NCBI RefSeq assembly: GCF_009914755.1
Contig: NC_060927.1
Strand: one strand, 5' to 3'
Length of the DNA: 64,000 nucleotides
From: the human T2T-CHM13v2.0 reference genome, Homo sapiens
Positions 1 to 15,146 of this stretch are shown in pieces. The notes under the pieces were generated by a model. It saw nothing but the letters and a program-made list of their open reading frames with translations, ran no database searches and was not told the DNA's origin. Both the position numbers and the translations under genes were made by a program. How positions within the stretch are numbered: the first letter of the stretch is position 1; every line of letters begins with the position of its first letter.

Positions 1-130
1 ATGACAACAATCTGCCCCTAATTTTCTTATTTCGGAGAGAGAAATAACTCCTGACACAGTTGGAGTTCCCTAAACAAGGGTCATGTGTCCTAGACAACGC
101 GACCCAGGAAGCCAGAATAACCTTTAGCTA

Positions 131-403
<273 letters not shown>

Positions 404-704
404 AAAGCAATAGCCTAAGGAACAAAGGCAACACAGCTGCTCAGTTTTCCATCCACCCGACCATGTTTACTCTGTCCCTCCTGTGTGCACAAGAGAGTCA
501 AAACTGAGGCTTGTTTGTCATTGTTTTCCAGTCCCTTTCCACATTCCTTGCTCGTGACTGATGGGTGACAGAAGCCAGCTGGGTTATTATGCATACCAGG
601 GTACACCATGCTCATGGAAGTATATGTCTCAACCCAGCCCTGCCACATGGGAAGTGTGGAATAAAGCCAGTGCCTAAGGCGGCAGGACACTGTGCTCAGC
701 TCAC

Positions 705-819
705 CTGGGGATGCTAGTCAGGTAGGTCATGACATTCAGGAAGTCTTCATCTGGGATGTGTTTGAACCCCGAAAACTCTGGGAACGTGATGATGGGGGCG
801 CCATCCTCCCCTCGGCCTC
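705..819 (-). CDS. MCF2L2: MCF2L2 coding exon 3 (start of SEC14/CRAL-TRIO-like region)
   Basis: 115 nt; acceptor ttttgttgcAG, donor AG|GTgag. Phase 1 in, phase 2 out. Encodes (G)GRGEDGAPIITFPEFSGFKHIPDEDFLNVMTYLTSIP(S), matching recalled MCF2L2 and the Dbs/MCF2L motif. Confidence 0.96.
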
Positions 820-1159
820 CTGCAACAAAAACAGGTGGTCAAAATGTTAGCAAAATGTTGTCCTGTCACACCTCTGCAGGGAAGTTGGGCGAAAGAATAT
901 CGGTCACCTCTTTTCCTACCTATATTATCTCAGACTAGAATTTGGGAGAAGTTAACACAGTTATTTTGAACAAGTCTCTCTTCTCATTCATGCTGGCTCC
1001 ATGGCATTGTAAGAATTCAATTTTTGAATCCTTTGAAGAGAGTTACTGTGTAAAAGGAAATACTGATTTAATTATTCAGCATAGGTAGAATAGTAAATAA
1101 TGCCAACACAAATATGTAATATTGCTCTTCATTTTTGTAGTCAGTAAATGTCAAAAGTA

Positions 1160-1450
1160 ATATTGCATGGTGGTTAAGAGAGTTAACGCTAAAATCAGAC
1201 AGCCTGGGTCAAATCTGCTTTGCCACATTGTTGCTATATGATTTTTGGCAAGATACTTAATGTGTTTCTTTCATATTTATATATACATATATATGTATGT
1301 ATATATATAGATATATATGACCTACCATTTTATTATATAGGAATAATGCTTGTACCTACATGGTAAGGTGAGGATTAAATGACAGCACAAATGAGAAGCA
1401 CCTTAGCAGGGTGCTTATTATATAAAACTGCTCAAAAAATGGTGACCATG
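1160..1450 (+). mobile_element. MIR interrupted by (TA)n tract
   Basis: MIR-like gtggttaagag...cagacagcctgggtcaaatc...gaggattaaatga; TA-rich repeat at about 1275-1318. Confidence 0.65.
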
Positions 1451-1647
1451 ATTATAATTATTATTATTACAAGGAAGCAATAATCAGCTTCCCTTCAAGA
1501 ATTTATAAATAGTAATTTAAGATATCCCTGTGAAAGTAAAAATATGAAAATTCACATTTAATTCAGAGCAGAGACCACCAAATTCAATAGATTCTATTTC
1601 CCAGTCCCCTTGCAGCTGCATGGAGCCATTTGACTAAGTTCTAGCCC

Positions 1648-2490
1648 CACAGTCCCCAAACTGTGTCGCAGGTAAGCAGGGAACCACAGTAAATTCATGG
1701 GAGCACTGTGACTGTTTTAAATTTTTGAGGGAAACACAGTGACAGTTGACATCTGTCAGACACCATATGCACTACTACTACCATATGAACTACTTGAGGT
1801 AGTTCCCTATTTCTTTTTCCTTTTATTGAGACAGAGTCTCGCACTGTCGCCCAGGCTAGAGTGCAGTGGTGCAATATCGGCTCACTGCAACCTCTGACTC
1901 ACAGGTTCAAGCGATTCTCCTGCCTCAGCCTCGTGAGTAGCTGGGATTACAGGCGTGCACCACCATACCCAGCTAATTTTTGTATTTTTAGTAGAGACGG
2001 GGTTTCATCACGTTGGCCAGGCTGGTCTCAAACTCCTGACTTTAGGTGATCCACCCGCCTCGGCCTCCCAAACTGCTGGGATTACAGGCATGAGCCACCA
2101 CGCCCAGCCCAGGTAGTTCCCAACTTCAACATCAAATTGCATTATATTCTTGCAGATGGTGTTGCATCTTTATAAAGCTGGGGGTTTGGTACTTGCTGGA
2201 ATAAAAAGCAAAAACAGTGTGCAAATCAATGTGGAACAAGACATAAAGGTGGTGATATCTAGTTTGACTGCAAGGTTTAAGATAGTTGTAGTTATTTAAG
2301 AATAAAAATGAGAGAAAAAATAATATTTTAATTTATATGTATTATTTTTTCAAACAGCTACTAAGTTGTTAGGACATAGATACATATTAAGTTGTTTGAC
2401 ATGTTAGTTATTGCTTTTGGCCTAGGGGGGCCATGAAAAAAAGACTGAGATGCTAAGGCGCAGAGAATTGAGAGGGTTTGGGAACCTCTG
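1648..2490. mobile_element. hAT-Charlie-like DNA transposon inside an MLT1 fragment
   Basis: Imperfect terminal inverted repeats cacagtccccaaac / gtttgggaacctctg; ctagcc on both flanks. Confidence 0.5.
1808..2110 (-). mobile_element. Alu (AluS)
   Basis: Reverse Alu consensus; TSD aggtagttccc. Confidence 0.95.
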
Positions 2491-3437
2491 CCCTAGCCAG
2501 TAGTATAGGAGCTTAAGCTGCATGCACCTCCCAAGTTATGTCCTTGAAGAGAAACCACTTGAAGAGGAATCATGGCTCTCAAGGCAAGGCCAACTACAAA
2601 TGACTGAATGTATTCAACATATCTGAGACACACATATCAGTGTGGGGTGTGGTTAGTGGGGACTGTGTGATTAATGAGGATGTGTGGTCCACGAAGAAAC
2701 TATAGAAGAGGAGGACTCAGAGGAGCAAAGGCGGGCAGTGTACAGCCAATGCTATTCTAAGGAGAGAGGGCCAGCCCACTCTGAGAGTCCAACCCACGTT
2801 ACCAGTCTATCTGATGACACCACTGTAAGATCATCCAGCCAACTCTCTGGTGCTGACTCCAAGCCTGATAAGAATCTTCTGTTTATAATCTGATTTTCCA
2901 AGTAAATTGTAAATTTGTTTCAAGAAAAGGAATGTGTTATTGAGCAAACATAAGTATATTATATAAAGAATAAGTTAGCGCTGTGGTTTTTCTGCATGAG
3001 TCTCTTGTGAGTGTTGTTAATATGGGTCTTAGGTGCTCAGAAACCAATTGCTGTAGAACGAAACCATGTGAGATTTGTCTGGATGGTCAGTCATCCCTCC
3101 ACAGAAGGTACCTCTTTATTAATCCTATATGTTTACTCTAAATTTCCAAAGATGAGATCTACAGATTAGATGTTTATCAAGACAAGTATATTGAACTACC
3201 TCATTACAGTGACTGATGAGGATATTAACAGCTTTCATCTAATAATATTCTTCCTCTTTGCAGTTTCACAACTATGGGAAGTTTCAGAGAAATGTGCATT
3301 CAGAGAATTTGCGTCTTTGAAAAGCTAAATTAAGATGCATTATAACACTGTAGTAATTGCATAATCAACATTTGCTGAGGGACTGGCTAAAACATTTCAA
3401 GGAACTGAAATACCCTAAAATATTCACTAGAATGTGA

Positions 3438-3785
<348 letters not shown>

Positions 3786-4570
3786 TAGTTGACTGTATTA
3801 AAGCCATCCTCACCTAAATGAAAAAAGGTGAAGTTTTCTTCTACCTTGGTTACTACCAATACTGAACAGCAGAGAGGCCCTAAGGTTAACTGTGCACACC
3901 CACCTACTGTTGAATATTAGTCTTAAGAGGCAGAAGCATCAAGGAAACAGAGCTGGACTTAACTGTGGGGCAACCTACAACATGGCATCTAGTGCCACCT
4001 TCTGAGGAAACGCGGTAATGCAATAGGAAGAAAGAATAATTATTCCAAAGTCCAGTGCATTCCTTGAATGCAAGGAATACAAACAACCCCAAATTATTTG
4101 GTACTAAGTAAAATGATAACTTAAAATAAACTTTACTCCTCCTACTATGATTTTGTACCTTTTCATTAAGTGAAAGACAAATAGTTTTAGTGCAGAAAAC
4201 ATTAAGCGCTTGGGGTACATAAGGTGATTGCTGAAAGGGCCCTGGTGATAGCTGGCATGAAGGCTTCATGCACAGGTGAATTGAGAATACAGGAAATCCT
4301 ACAGGAAGATGGCAAAGACCAATGATGGGGAAGGTTGCAAAGCATCTTCCTACTGCTCTTTGCCTTCCAGTATCTATTTTCCCTTTCTCCTCTACACAAG
4401 GTTTTAACTGGGGAAATGGCAGAACCATTCCCTGGTAAGCACTTTGGAAATCTCAGGGCCTAGGATACTAAATGACCCATTCTCCATAATAAAACAAAGA
4501 ATTGCCCCACATGCTACGTGACTTCCAAATGTCTTACCAGAGGCTTAATTTAAGTGAAAAATCCATTTAA

Positions 4571-4949
<379 letters not shown>

Positions 4950-5552
4950 AAGAGGTTTTTTTTTAATCTTAATAAAGTCACTCCAGGTATCTGATCACCC
5001 CACCACATCCCAGCATTTGCACCCATCACATTTTTGGTGACTCCAAATTGAGGGGCAAGCACCTCTTTCATTATTCTCATGTAGCTAGACATGCATGTGG
5101 AAATACATACTATTGAAAGATATGTTACTTTACTATAATTAGTTTCCTTTGATTCCTCCTTTACAGTTCCTTATATTTTATTTTTTAATTTTTAAAAATA
5201 TGTGCATAGGTAGGTGTGGCTGTTCACCTAAGTTTTCCCTTCCTGGGCATATAGCTACACTACATTTCCCAGCTTCCCTTGCTGTTAAGTTTGTTCAAAT
5301 GACTGTGACAAGTTCAAGTCAATGGAATGTGCTGTATGCTATCTCTGAGCTGAGAATTTTAAGAAGCACTATGCTCCTTCCATGTTCTCTTAGCCTGTCT
5401 GCTCCCCAGACACGCATAACAACAATAAGAACCAGAAACTCAAAGGAGCCTTCATTCCTGAACCTCCACATGGAGAAAAGTTGTCTGCTGACCAGGAACA
5501 TACATGCAGAACTGGTAAAAGAGTAAGAACTTAATTTCTGTTATGTGTGTTT

Positions 5553-6221
5553 TGAAACCGCCTTTTCAAAATCATGACTGAGACAGTGAAAGGGATCTAA
5601 CTTAACCCACTCCATCTTGCTTCTAACATCCAAGCTCTCCTTGTTCATTCCTGGGCGTAGGCTGAACTAACTTTGGGAGAAATTTAGTTTAGTTTAAACA
5701 AACATGGTAACAGCCCTTTCCTAAAGCAGACCTCCATCTTGCCTGGGGATTAGATTGCCTTTGTAGGACTAATATTAGCCACAAGATTAGAAATGATGGT
5801 TTAGGAGTCATGCAGCTGGAGGCTGCAAGGTCCTGACCCTCCCTAAACTGCTCCTAAGATCAGTGCTTGAGATATTTTGCAAACCCTGCACTTGATGGAT
5901 CAGCTGGCACCATCCAGATCAATAAATGGGTTTACCTGATCTGTGGCCCCCCGCCCAGGAACTGACTAAGCACAAGAAGACAGGTCCGACTCCCTGTGAT
6001 TTCATCTCTGGCCAATCAGCACTCCTGGCTCACTGGCTTCCCCCCACCCACCAAGTTATCCTTAAAAACTCTGTTCCCTGAATGCTTGGTGAGACTGATT
6101 TGAGTAATAACAAACCTCCAGTATCCCACACAACCGGCTCTGCATGAATTACTCTTTCTCTATTGTAATTCCCCTGGTTCTGTCTGGGCAGCAGGCAAGG
6201 TGAACCCCTAGGGTGGTTACA
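5553..6221 (+). mobile_element. LTR8 solo LTR (ERV1), inserted in an MLT1 element
   Basis: TGAAACCGCC...GGTTACA termini; matches recalled LTR8 consensus; MLT1-like flanks at about 5220-5550 and 6222-6290. Confidence 0.85.
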
Positions 6222-6386
6222 GTTGGAGCTCTATACTCTTTGGAGTATATTCGTTGTAGTTGTTGAGCCCACCCTTGCAGATATAGTATCTATAAATTTT
6301 ATGTTAGGATGGCAGAGGGCAATACAAATCATTTGTTATAAAAAGGAGATATTCAGTCAAACATGACTGAGAACCTTCCCTCTCAC

Positions 6387-6697
6387 CTGCACTACCGAAT
6401 CCAACAGCCACTAGACACATGTGATTATTAAGCACTTGAAATGGAACCAGTCCAAATTGAGATATGCTGTAAGTATAAAACACAAACTAGATTTCAAAGA
6501 CTTAGAATAAAAAAGGTAAAATCCCAAAAATGTTGAATATCGAGTACATGTGGAAATATTATTTTAGATATGGGTAAATTTAAAATATATAATTAAAATT
6601 CATTGTATCTGTTTATTTTAACCTTTTTAATATGGTTACCATAAAATTTTAAAGTACATGTGTGGCCCACACTGTATTTCTATTAAACAGTCCTGCT
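6387..6697 (-). mobile_element. MER33 (hAT-Charlie)
   Basis: agccactagacacatgtg...agcacttgaaatg...tgctgtaagtataaaacac, as in MER33. Confidence 0.75.
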
Positions 6698-7099
6698 CTA
6701 GATGTCGCCCCTTGGTTCTCACCTCCCAGGTTTCAGGTCACTAGCTCCATATGTAAGCTAGGAGTTGGGGCTCCGATCTCTTCCTTGGTTTGACATTTTC
6801 CATTGTTTCAGTTAGGAGCCTCCCACTCACCCCTGGGAGCCCTACCCTCCACCAAACCTGGGCTTCATTGGTGTGTATGAGGGGAAACTGGGGACTCTAC
6901 AAGCCTAAGAGTATTGAGCAGTTGATTTCTTCATCAATTATTTTCAAAAGGATTCAAGCTGCCACAAGAGACAGGCAGAGAAAGGGAGCAAAGAGGGAGA
7001 GAAAGTGAAAGAGAGAGATTCAGTTCACAATAATTCCAAGTGGGAAACAACCATCAAGATAAATATAAAAGGACAATTCCTTATAATTAAAGGAAAGGA

Positions 7100-7540
7100 G
7101 CTGTGGCAAACGTTGATTGATGGCTAATTCACTCCCAGTCCCCTTTTCCCTGACCACCGTCTCCTGTGGCAGTTAGAAAGCTAAATGCTTGCCTTCTGAG
7201 ATTCTCTTGCTGCCAGGGAATGGCTGTGTGACAGAATTCTGGAATGAGACATAAGCAGAAGGCAGCCAAGAGTTTCTACAAACAGAACCAAAGAAGCCAG
7301 CATTTTCCTTCTCCTTCTTCCTGCTTTGGACACTGACCTAATGTCTGGAATTGCAGCAGCCACCTTGAATCAAGAGTTGACAAATAAGAAGAAAACATCA
7401 AGAGAATCATAAAGATGTCAGCCTTAATGTCATTGAGCCACTGATCCAATACCAAGAGTTTCTATCGTCAGACCTCGTTATGCAATTTAAAAAACAAACC
7501 AACAAGTCTCAGAGGCTAAGTTCCCTTGTAGTCAGATACC
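7100..7540. mobile_element. Old MLT1 (MaLR) LTR
   Basis: Diverged MLT1-like motifs (gatgtcagcc...cattgagccactga...cagacctcgttatg). Confidence 0.5.
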
Positions 7541-8384
7541 ATGCTGAGTGAAACTTTTCTTCTTACAGATGAAAAACTGGGGTTTGGAGCCACCTACTGG
7601 TTGTGTTGGAATGTGAACCCAGAATTGTCTGGGTCCAAAGCCCAGAGTGTTTCCACCACACTAACCTGCTTATACTCTCTTGTTTCCTAGCTAAGCCCTG
7701 AATTTAGAAATATCCCAAGTTCACTGTGAACATGCAGGTGTCTTCCAACGTCAGAGCTACCAGAGGCCCCAGCCCTGGTCAATATCCAATTCCCGCTGGT
7801 GGCCCTGCTCACAGGCTTCGCATCCAGAGGCCGCAAACCATCGGGCCACAAATCTGGGTCAGGCTTCATGTAATGAGCCTCTGCTCTTCTACCAGCCGTG
7901 GGAACACATGCACAGTTCAGCAGACCAGGCAGCTAGGGCTGCATTGAGGGAAAGGCTCTATCCTCTCCTTCACAGCCTTCCCGGTTGACAGGGTCTCTGG
8001 CTCCTTCCAGAGATCAGTGAAATTGGTAGAAAATTTTGTAGGGAAAATCTTTACCTTACTTGCCTGAATCAGGAAAAGGAAGCTGCTATGAGTTGAGGCT
8101 GAGGCTGCAGCTCTTAGGCTACCACAGCCATGGGAAAAGACCTAATTAGAGAGATTTCTGTTTTACAGCAACAACTATACAGGCCCCCACAACAGCCTCC
8201 TTGCTGACACTTGCTGTTTCTGCCAGAATAAGAGAGATGGTTAAAGATGAAAAGCAGGCCTCTGATTCCAAACAAAGTGCTGACTCAGAGAGACCCACGG
8301 CTGCCGCTATTCTTGCAGACTTGCAAGGCTGTAATTACTATCACAGCGAATCCATGCTTCTGCTTCATAAGAAAGGCAAATTTG

Positions 8385-8704
8385 GGCCAGACACTCTGGC
8401 TCACGCCTGTAATCCCAGCACTTTGGAAGACTGAGTTGGAAAGACTGTTTGAGCCCAGGAGTTCCAGACCAGCCTGGGCAACATGGCAAAACCCCATCTC
8501 TACAAAAAATTTAAAAATTTTGGGCATGATGGTGTGCGCCAATGCCTGCCTGTAGTCTCAGTTAACTCAGGAGGCTGAGGTAGGAGGATCACTTGAGCCT
8601 GGGAGGTCAAGGCTGCAGTGAGCCAAGACGGTGCCACTGCACCCCAGCCTGGGCAACATAGCGACACCATGTCTCAAAAAAAAAAAAAAAGCAAAGAAAA
8701 AAAG
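8385..8704 (+). mobile_element. Alu (AluJ)
   Basis: Alu with AluJ diagnostics (aggatcacttgagcct, gtcaaggctgcag) and A tail. Confidence 0.93.
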
Positions 8705-9061
8705 AAGACAAACTTAAATGACAAAAGGAACTCAGAAATGAAGGGTTATCTTTATTATGGTCAAAGTACCTTCCTAAAGCAGAAGTGTCTTCTGCGCCCA
8801 GTGTGTGTTTCCACAGTTCTCTGTTCTACGTTAGGGAGTGACAATTATCTCTATTCCTGACTCAATGGTGGCATTGTATACCATATTTATTGTGAGCATG
8901 ACATTGGTTCCTTATAAAAATTATCTTACTTGTAATAGAACCCCAAAATAAACATTTTATAGAACTATAAAAAGATATCAGAAAAAAAGAGAAACACTTA
9001 TTCAGCAGTTGCAATACTAAGTGTTTTTCATACATTATGTCATTTAATCCTCAAAATTACT

Positions 9062-9368
<307 letters not shown>

Positions 9369-11111
9369 TTACAATAACCCCATCATACAGATGAGGAAAC
9401 TGAGGTTTAGAGAAGTAAGTTGCCCAAGGTGATGCTGCTAGTAAGTACAGAATCCAAATTCATATCTGGAGCTGTCTGATACCAGTTCATGTTTTTTTCT
9501 ATATTGCCTCTAAGTCATAAGAACAGAAAGAAAGGCCTCAATAATACTCAAAGGAGATAAATTTGGATCATAAATGTATTAATTAATCTGTCACTAGACT
9601 GATTCCTGAGATGAGCCATTGTGTAATTATATAAGCCAGAATCATGCATTGAGGCCTCAGAGCTTTAGTCTAAGGCTCTAGGAATCTACCTGACCCCAGC
9701 CCACCCTGTCATCCATTCCAGACCTTGAGCTGCATGGTGGTCTCGGGGCCTTCTGTGGTAGGGCCACAGCAACAGTTTCCAGGAACCCAGAGAACAGACC
9801 CCATTCTGCCTTTTGTCTTGCGCAAGCCCAGACTCACAGTGGGAAGCCATGAGACTGTGCCTTCAGGAGGCTGGTTAGGTCCTCCCACAGGGGCCAATGG
9901 TGCCTAACTAGGCATCTGGGGAGCAGGGAGACCACCGGCCTCGCAGAATAGACCACAGGGACTTGGATATTTTTGTACTGAGCACCTTTTATGTTCCAGT
10001 CTCTGATCTAAGCATTGGCAATACAGACAGAAAGAAGAAAAAGGAGGACCCTGTATTTATGGAGCTTTCAGTGACTATGTGCGCAGTGACTGATATGGCG
10101 GAAAGACCAGAGAATTCCCCCAGAATGTCCTGGATTGTGTAAGATGTGGTCACCCAGGAGGCAATGCTGGGGTGGGGAGAAATATCCCAATAATAACTGA
10201 GTTCGCATCTCCTTCAAATCAGTGGGATGAGGAGCTTGGAGCAGATTAAATGTGATTTGGAGAAAAGAAAGAGATGTGACTTTTTTTTTAATATCCCATG
10301 TTGTAGAATAAAATTCACACCAACTACATATTCTCTCTGTGATGTAACTAAGATGGCTTTGTTGTTTTTTTCAGAACAGATGTAAAAGTTGAAAAGAGTA
10401 ACTTGCCACTTTATCCCTCCATGTTATATACTAAGGATATCTAATGTCACCACTTCATTCTCCTAAGTTGGGTCTAACCATAATTTGGGGTTTGGCATGT
10501 ACTTCTAGTTTTAGTAATTAAAGTCATGTCACCTTTGGCTGAGCGAATAAGAAAGAACAGTATTCAAGTCATGACAACCTTTCAGGGTTGTGTCTAGGCT
10601 CAAAAAATGCTAGACTTTTAGTCAGAACAGCCTCTCTTCATTCCCAATCAAATGCTTGATGGAAATCCCTTAAATGAGCTAAGAGTAAAAGACAATTCTC
10701 CCAGAGAACAAACAACCTCAGCAACGCTCGGGAACCCTTAGAACTAAGACCTTTGTAAGGCTGAATCTTGGAAGAACATCCAAAGGAACATTGGAAGAAC
10801 ATCATGGTGGCAGCTGATGTCAGTAGTTGTCTCTTTTTCTTTCCTCAAAATCTTTTCAGCTCTGTTATTTACAACCACAAAGAAATGTGCTCCTTTGGGA
10901 AAGATCAGATTGCACCAAACAGCAAAGGGAATAATATGTATGAGATCCCACCCTCTTCTGGCAGGATAGGCCTCAGCCTGTTCTAGTCCCGGGTGAAGCC
11001 TAAGGGGTGAGTGAGATTTGAGTATAACATTCCTCAAGGTTCAAGAGGCTGGACCTTCCCATCAAGACCCCCCCATCAAAATCTGGAAATGCAAATGAAT
11101 GTGCCCCTTAC

Positions 11112-11195
11112 CTGAAAGAATGGCAAATTGTCTGTGAAGTTGTTCTATTATCTCCACCGCCATCAGGGGTCTGACTTCCTGCTGCATAATTTCAT
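11112..11195 (-). CDS. MCF2L2: MCF2L2 coding exon 2
   Basis: 84 nt; acceptor atttgtgcAG, donor CAG|GTaagg. Phase 1-1. Encodes (D)EIMQQEVRPLMAVEIIEQLHRQFAILS(G). Confidence 0.96.
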
Positions 11196-12061
11196 CTGCA
11201 CAAATGAAATACAAAGTGGGTTAGTTAAACATGTGCAAATTACAAGAAGAAATTAAAAAGAAACAAAGGCAAGTTGTACTATTGGGAAATCTGGGACTTA
11301 TCAAGAGACGGTGCTGGCACAACATTCCCTTGAGAACTTGATTGCTGAGATCCAGGGCTGTATCTGGATTTGTGTGCTTTGGAGCTTATGCATCTGAGCA
11401 TGGAACACATTTCTAGAGCCCCTACCAAGGCTTTGGGAGGGACCAATACAAGGAAAGAACCCTGAAGTTTAAGCTCCAGCAGCTTCACAGAAAACCTGCT
11501 GGATGACCTCATTACGAAGGCAGGTATTTGCCTACACCTTTGGGTCTGCAGAAGGACATTTTAAACACAAACAACATAAGTTACTAGAGCTCCTTTCAAA
11601 ACAGGTCATAAAATCAATCTGGGATTCATGAGGGTTCTTTAATTTTTATTTTCCTCCCTACCTCACTTCCTTCCTCCCCTACTTATCTCCATTCCTTTTT
11701 TTCCCCCTTCCAGAATACTTTAAGGGGCCTCTTCCTACTGCTAAATGTATATAAGAAGGCACTTTTTCATTTTTCTATTTAAAGATTCTCCTAACTGAAT
11801 AATAAGTTATATAGGTTTCCAATGCAAAAATCCAATCCTTTCAAGCACAAATCTACAAAGTTCCTCTAACCCTAGAAAGTGACTTATAAGCCCTGTGATT
11901 TGCCCTCATTTCCATTTGGGGAAAAGGAATTAGAGAGAGGGGAGGACCAACTGGAATCTTTCAACCTAGGCTGAAGAGAGGAAGGCATTTTCATGTTATC
12001 TCTGCCTAAGATATTATCTTCATTCAATTATTTCCCAGGGAATCTTAAAGAATAAACTGGT

Positions 12062-12349
12062 GGCTGGGTACTGAGGCCGAGGGGGAAGGACTATTTGAGG
12101 CCAGAAGTTTGAGACCAGCCTGGTCAACAGAGTAAGATCTTGTCTCCACAAAAAATTTAAAAATTAGCCAAGCATGGTGATGTATGCCTGCGGTCCCAGC
12201 TACTTGGGAGGCTGAGGCAGGAGAATCTCTTGAGTCTAGGAGTTTGAGGCTGTCGTTAGCCATGACTGTGCCACTGCACTCCAGCCTGGACAACAGATGG
12301 AGACCCTGTCTCAAAACAAAACAAAACAAAACAAAAACAATAACAAAAA
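12062..12349 (+). mobile_element. Alu (AluJ, 5' internal deletion) with (CAAAA)n tail
   Basis: Alu consensus. Confidence 0.9.
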
Positions 12350-12849
12350 ATGAATGAACTGGTTATTGTTTCTACAGGAGTTAAACATCTAGTTAGATTA
12401 AGGCATGAACCAAACAACCTGTGCTCTGATGCTAGGTGGGAATTTCCTACTGATTCATTATGGGGTCATGGTAACATTATGATATTCTAGTGTTGACCAA
12501 TCAGAAGGTAATATTTGGGAAGGTCCTCTCTGAGTCTTGGTCTACTCTCAGCTTTTTGGTGTGGAGGTTAAAGGAGATAATATATATGGAGATGTATATA
12601 GAGGGTGCTGAGCAAATGCTAGTTATATCCATTGTTCTGAACAGACAGGCCTTTCCCAAATTTGCTTTCTAAAAGCCTTTTTTTTTTTTTTTCTGAAAGT
12701 CTTGTAAGGGGTGGGCCAAGTGCCAGCTTAAGCCCCAAGATCCCCTTCAATGAATTCCCCCATTGTTTTGGGTAAAGGGGATAAATCTAGACCAGAGCTT
12801 CTTCATCCCAATACCACTTCCACCCTGAATTCACTAAAAGTTCAAAGAA

Positions 12850-13150
12850 CTCCTTCGTCACTGTTCATTCGGTGGGTGTAATAACGGCATGGTAGTCACA
12901 TTTTATAAAAAGGGGGCCTTCTCTGTTAGAAACACAAATTGAAGCATTTAACAGTGAAATGATATGAAGTCTGAGATTTGCTGACAAATACTCCAGCACT
13001 CCCCTTCACTAAAACTATGCATGGGGTGGAAGTGGGGGGTAGATGAAACATGCTGACAAAATGTGGATAATTATTGAAGCTGGTTGATGGGTCCACAGGG
13101 GTTTGTTACATAATTCTCTTGCTACGTTTCAAATTTTCTGTAATAAAATG
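12850..13150 (+). mobile_element. Old L1M 3' end fragment
   Basis: ataattattgaagctggttgatggg...ttttctgtaataaaa, typical of L1MC/ME 3' ends. Confidence 0.55.
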
Positions 13151-13309
13151 TAAAACACAAGTAGACAACAACATAGAGAATTTCAGCAGAAACGGAAGTT
13201 ATGTAATTAAAGAGTTTTCAGAGTACAATCTCCCAGTGGTCTAGGACAGTGGCATACTCAGAAATAGAGCTTCAGTATTATTTGTTCATACCTGAGCATT
13301 TTTTTGATT

Positions 13310-13468
13310 TCTCTTTTTTAAGATATAGGATCTTGCTCTGTCACACAGACTAGAGTGCAGTGGCATAATCATAGCTCACTGCAGCCTTGAACTCCTGTGC
13401 TCAAGCAGTCCTCCTGCCTTGGGCTCCCAAAGTGCTAGAATTAGAGGCACAAACCACCACGCCTGGCC
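13310..13468 (-). mobile_element. Alu monomer (FLAM/FRAM-like)
   Basis: Single-arm reverse Alu. Confidence 0.85.
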
Positions 13469-14429
13469 AAGCAAGCATATTTCAGAGATGATGAACCGAG
13501 AGAAAAACAAAAATCATAAGGTGTAATTTATTGTTCTTACATGTCAATATTTGAGGTGTGCTTTAAATTAAACATTTTAAAGATGTAAGATCTGAAAGGG
13601 GAGCAGACATTAGCGAAGTCAACGATCCCCACGCCATCTCATTTTTCAAATGACAACATGGAGACCCAGAGAGATCCTAAACTTGCCTGTGGTTACACAA
13701 CAAATAACTGTAGAGCCCGGATCACCTGACGCTAAGAGGGCAAACCTCGGCCACGCGTGATAGAGTTCCCAGACCCTTGGCCTTGAGTTGCAAAGGCTCC
13801 TGCAACCCTGAGAGGCTGACTAGTGTCATGGGAATCTGAGGTTTGCCCATCCCCCCAGCCCCCGACAAGAGACCTTTCTCGCTAGCCTCCTGTGGCTATC
13901 AAATGAACAGGACTAAAATTCATAATTTGTTTTTCTAAGAATAGCAATGAGCTGCTTTGCTTTAAGTGCAGGTTTTGCTGAGAGTGCTTGCTCTCCAGCC
14001 AGGAAGTGACATGGTTATCCTTGAAGTCTTCCTAGCAAAGGAGCCACATGACCCAACCTGGCCAGCTGCAACAGATCATGAGGCTTTCCCAGACTCATCC
14101 TCTGACTCGGCATGGAGATGACTGCAGATACACCCAGCCTTCAGTTGCCTGACACTTGTGGTCCTGTTGGAATAGGGCATGCTCTGTTCTGCCCCCAGTA
14201 AAGTACACTTATGCTCTACACCAAGAGACACAAAGATCACCCTGCGGCTGGCAGGCCCTGCCTCCCACTCCTGTATAGGTAGGTAGGGGAGGAAGTACAA
14301 GAAGTCTTTGGTTCTGAAAGAACACCTCCACTGCAATGGGAAAGGATCTGCTTCAGATTCAGACAGGCTTGCATGCAAAGGCCCTTTCTGCCACCTTCTA
14401 GATAGGTGATCAGGGCAAGTACACTCTGA

Positions 14430-14948
<519 letters not shown>

Positions 14949-15058
14949 TGATAATTCAATTTCAACACAATTTCTATCCTGGGCAAACAAATATACTAGG
15001 GAAAAACTTGTCTCTTTTCTATCCTTGATAAGTACACAGAAGTGTGACTCTATTTTAC

Positions 15059-15146
15059 CCTGAGCCCACAGTTCCAGAAATACAGACGGTATCAAAGGCC
15101 AAACACAACCTCCAGACTCTTACGCGATGAAATAATAGTCCAGCAT
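15059..15146 (-). pseudogene. Candidate disabled alternative first exon (MLDYYFIA*ESGGCVWPLIPSVFLELWAQ-D)
   Basis: ATG at 15146; 88 nt = 29 codons + 1; donor AGG|GTaaaa in phase 1; one in-frame TAA at 15122-15120. Confidence 0.3.

Noticed and set aside
8050-8135. Stacked minus-strand donor-like sites with a nearby ATG in intron 2
   Set aside because: The ATG frame stops after 5 codons, and the frame compatible with exon 3 has no ATG before an upstream stop.
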